Origin: an uncultured Actinomycetota bacterium | Lineage (GTDB): Bacteria > Actinomycetota > Humimicrobiia > Humimicrobiales > Humimicrobiaceae | Assembly: GCA_964423265.1 (NCBI GenBank) | Contig: CAYREF010000001.1 | Coordinates: forward strand, 4,548-68,547 | Length of the DNA: 64,000 bases | Reading direction: 5' to 3' | Shown: positions 62,994-64,000 of the stretch, piece after piece | Layout of the letters: each line of letters opens with the position of its first letter | How positions within the stretch are numbered: the first letter of the stretch is position 1 | Notes under the pieces: model-generated | What the model saw: only the letters and a program-made list of their open reading frames with translations | Told to the model about the DNA's origin: nothing | The model's database searches: none | Position numbers and translations under genes: made by a program

Positions 62994-63302
62994 TTATTTA
63001 TTTTTATTTATCTGTATCCCCAAAATCCTGGTATCTGTGTTTGCTTTAAGGGATAAAACTGCAGGTTTGCTTATAAAACATTTCCCAGAATCTAGGACTT
63101 GTTTTTTGGAATCAGCAGTTACTACCGCTTCTCCCTTAAGCACTATAAACATAACATAGGACTCCATCCTACATTCAGGTATTTTTCCATCTTTGGAAAG
63201 CTCTATAATCCGTGTTTTAAATTCTTCTGCCTTAAATAAAACATTTTTGTCCCTTTGGCTGTAGGGGGAAGCTTTCACTTTATATAAATCGAATATATCC
63301 AA
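62994..63302 (-). CDS. Cupin-domain protein
   Basis: 102 aa, cupin_2-like beta-barrel pattern. Confidence 0.5.
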   Translation of the reverse strand: MDIFDLYKVKASPYSQRDKNVLFKAEEFKTRIIELSKDGKIPECRMESYVMFIVLKGEAVVTADSKKQVLDSGKCFISKPAVLSLKANTDTRILGIQINKNK

Positions 63303-63319
63303 AGTTTACTCCTTTCATG

Positions 63320-63886
63320 TTAAGAATTTTTATCTTTTTTAATATTTTTTCTATCAGTAAAGCTTATTATTTTTTCTATCAGCAAACCCATTATTATTAT
63401 AAATATTAGGGTAAGGACCAGCCTTGCTGCGGTAAATTTAATTCCTAAAAACTGAATCTCTATTAATTCCTGGGGTAGCTTTATGCATGCCCAGGTAGAA
63501 ATAAATATTATTATATTTGATATTTTTGCCCCTTTACTGCGCAAGGCTACTGCCATGGGAAATGCTATATACAGGGGTCCTGTGGGAAGCATTCCCAGTC
63601 CGATGGAAAGGAATATGCCTTTTATCCCTGATGTTTTTCCCATGTATTTTACTATCATCTCCTTGGGTATCCATGCTGAAAACAGCCCTATAATTATCAA
63701 AACTGCCGGAAGGACCAAAATTAGTTCCCTCATGTAATTTTTGGAAACATCAAGTACAGAGCCCGCCTTGGCTGGGAAAATTAAAAGAGCTGCTGCCGCA
63801 GCAACCAGTATTGCTCCCATTATAATATAGTCCCTCAGCAAGGCCTTTTTATTTTGCTTGGATTTTTTATTATTGGAAGGGGTCAC
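63320..63886 (-). CDS. Permease, PF03773/DUF318-type split half (second subunit)
   Basis: 188 aa, 4-5 TM, GTG start. Overlaps the upstream half-gene stop (GTGA). Confidence 0.5.
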   Translation of the reverse strand: MTPSNNKKSKQNKKALLRDYIIMGAILVAAAAALLIFPAKAGSVLDVSKNYMRELILVLPAVLIIIGLFSAWIPKEMIVKYMGKTSGIKGIFLSIGLGMLPTGPLYIAFPMAVALRSKGAKISNIIIFISTWACIKLPQELIEIQFLGIKFTAARLVLTLIFIIIMGLLIEKIISFTDRKNIKKDKNS

Positions 63887-64000
63887 AATATCACTCCCAT
63901 CAGAAAGGCAATTATTACTGCAAATAGGAAACTGAATGCATTTCTCAGTATGGTCATCTTTTTACCTAGCTCTTTTAATTCCAGAGGTAGAGTTACCATC
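63883..64000 (-). CDS. Permease first subunit, C-terminal end only (gene runs off window)
   Basis: Frame ending ...MVTLPLELKELGKKMTILRNAFSFLFAVIIAFLMGVIL*, coupled to the downstream half. Confidence 0.4.
   Translation of the reverse strand, partial: MVTLPLELKELGKKMTILRNAFSFLFAVIIAFLMGVIL

Noticed and set aside
1-64000. CRISPR arrays, rRNA genes, IS elements or integrases.
   Set aside because: No direct-repeat/spacer periodicity, rRNA-like conserved stretches, transposase or recombinase ORFs were seen.

Overview
Low-GC, Firmicutes/Clostridia-like chromosomal core region on the + strand, flanked by accessory genes. The core is one long block of translation/transcription genes: tRNA-Met, tuf, rpmG, tRNA-Trp, secE, nusG, rplKAJL, rpoB, rpoC, rpsL, rpsG, fusA, a second identical tuf, the S10/spc/alpha operons (rpsJ through rplQ, including secY, adk, map, infA, rpmJ, rpoA), then truA, rplM, rpsI. 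Immediately downstream lies a cell-envelope and housekeeping block (racemase-like gene, glmM, glmS, acpS, nnr, CBS protein, alr, iron-sulfur flavoprotein). Upstream of the core are menG/menA, small zinc-ribbon proteins, a flavin reductase and a vapBC toxin-antitoxin pair. Downstream accessory DNA carries a 1009-aa FAD/Fe-S oxidoreductase with a Met/Pro-rich repeat tail, a yhhQ-type transporter, decayed cbiM/cbiO remnants, an ars operon (arsR-arsC-arsP-trx-acr3), a tightly packed Fe-S/cysteine-desulfurase/DUF169/DGC operon, a CcdA pair, and a PadR/DUF5320/cupin/split-permease locus. No rRNA genes, CRISPR arrays, IS elements or integrases were recognised. Three small genes missing from the ORF track were found by eye: rpmG, rpmJ, and infA with an apparent ATT start. 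Notable core oddities are absence of L30, a Cys4 insertion in both EF-Tu copies, and a Lys-rich N-terminal extension on L7/L12. Coordinates derived by hand may be off by a nucleotide or so.
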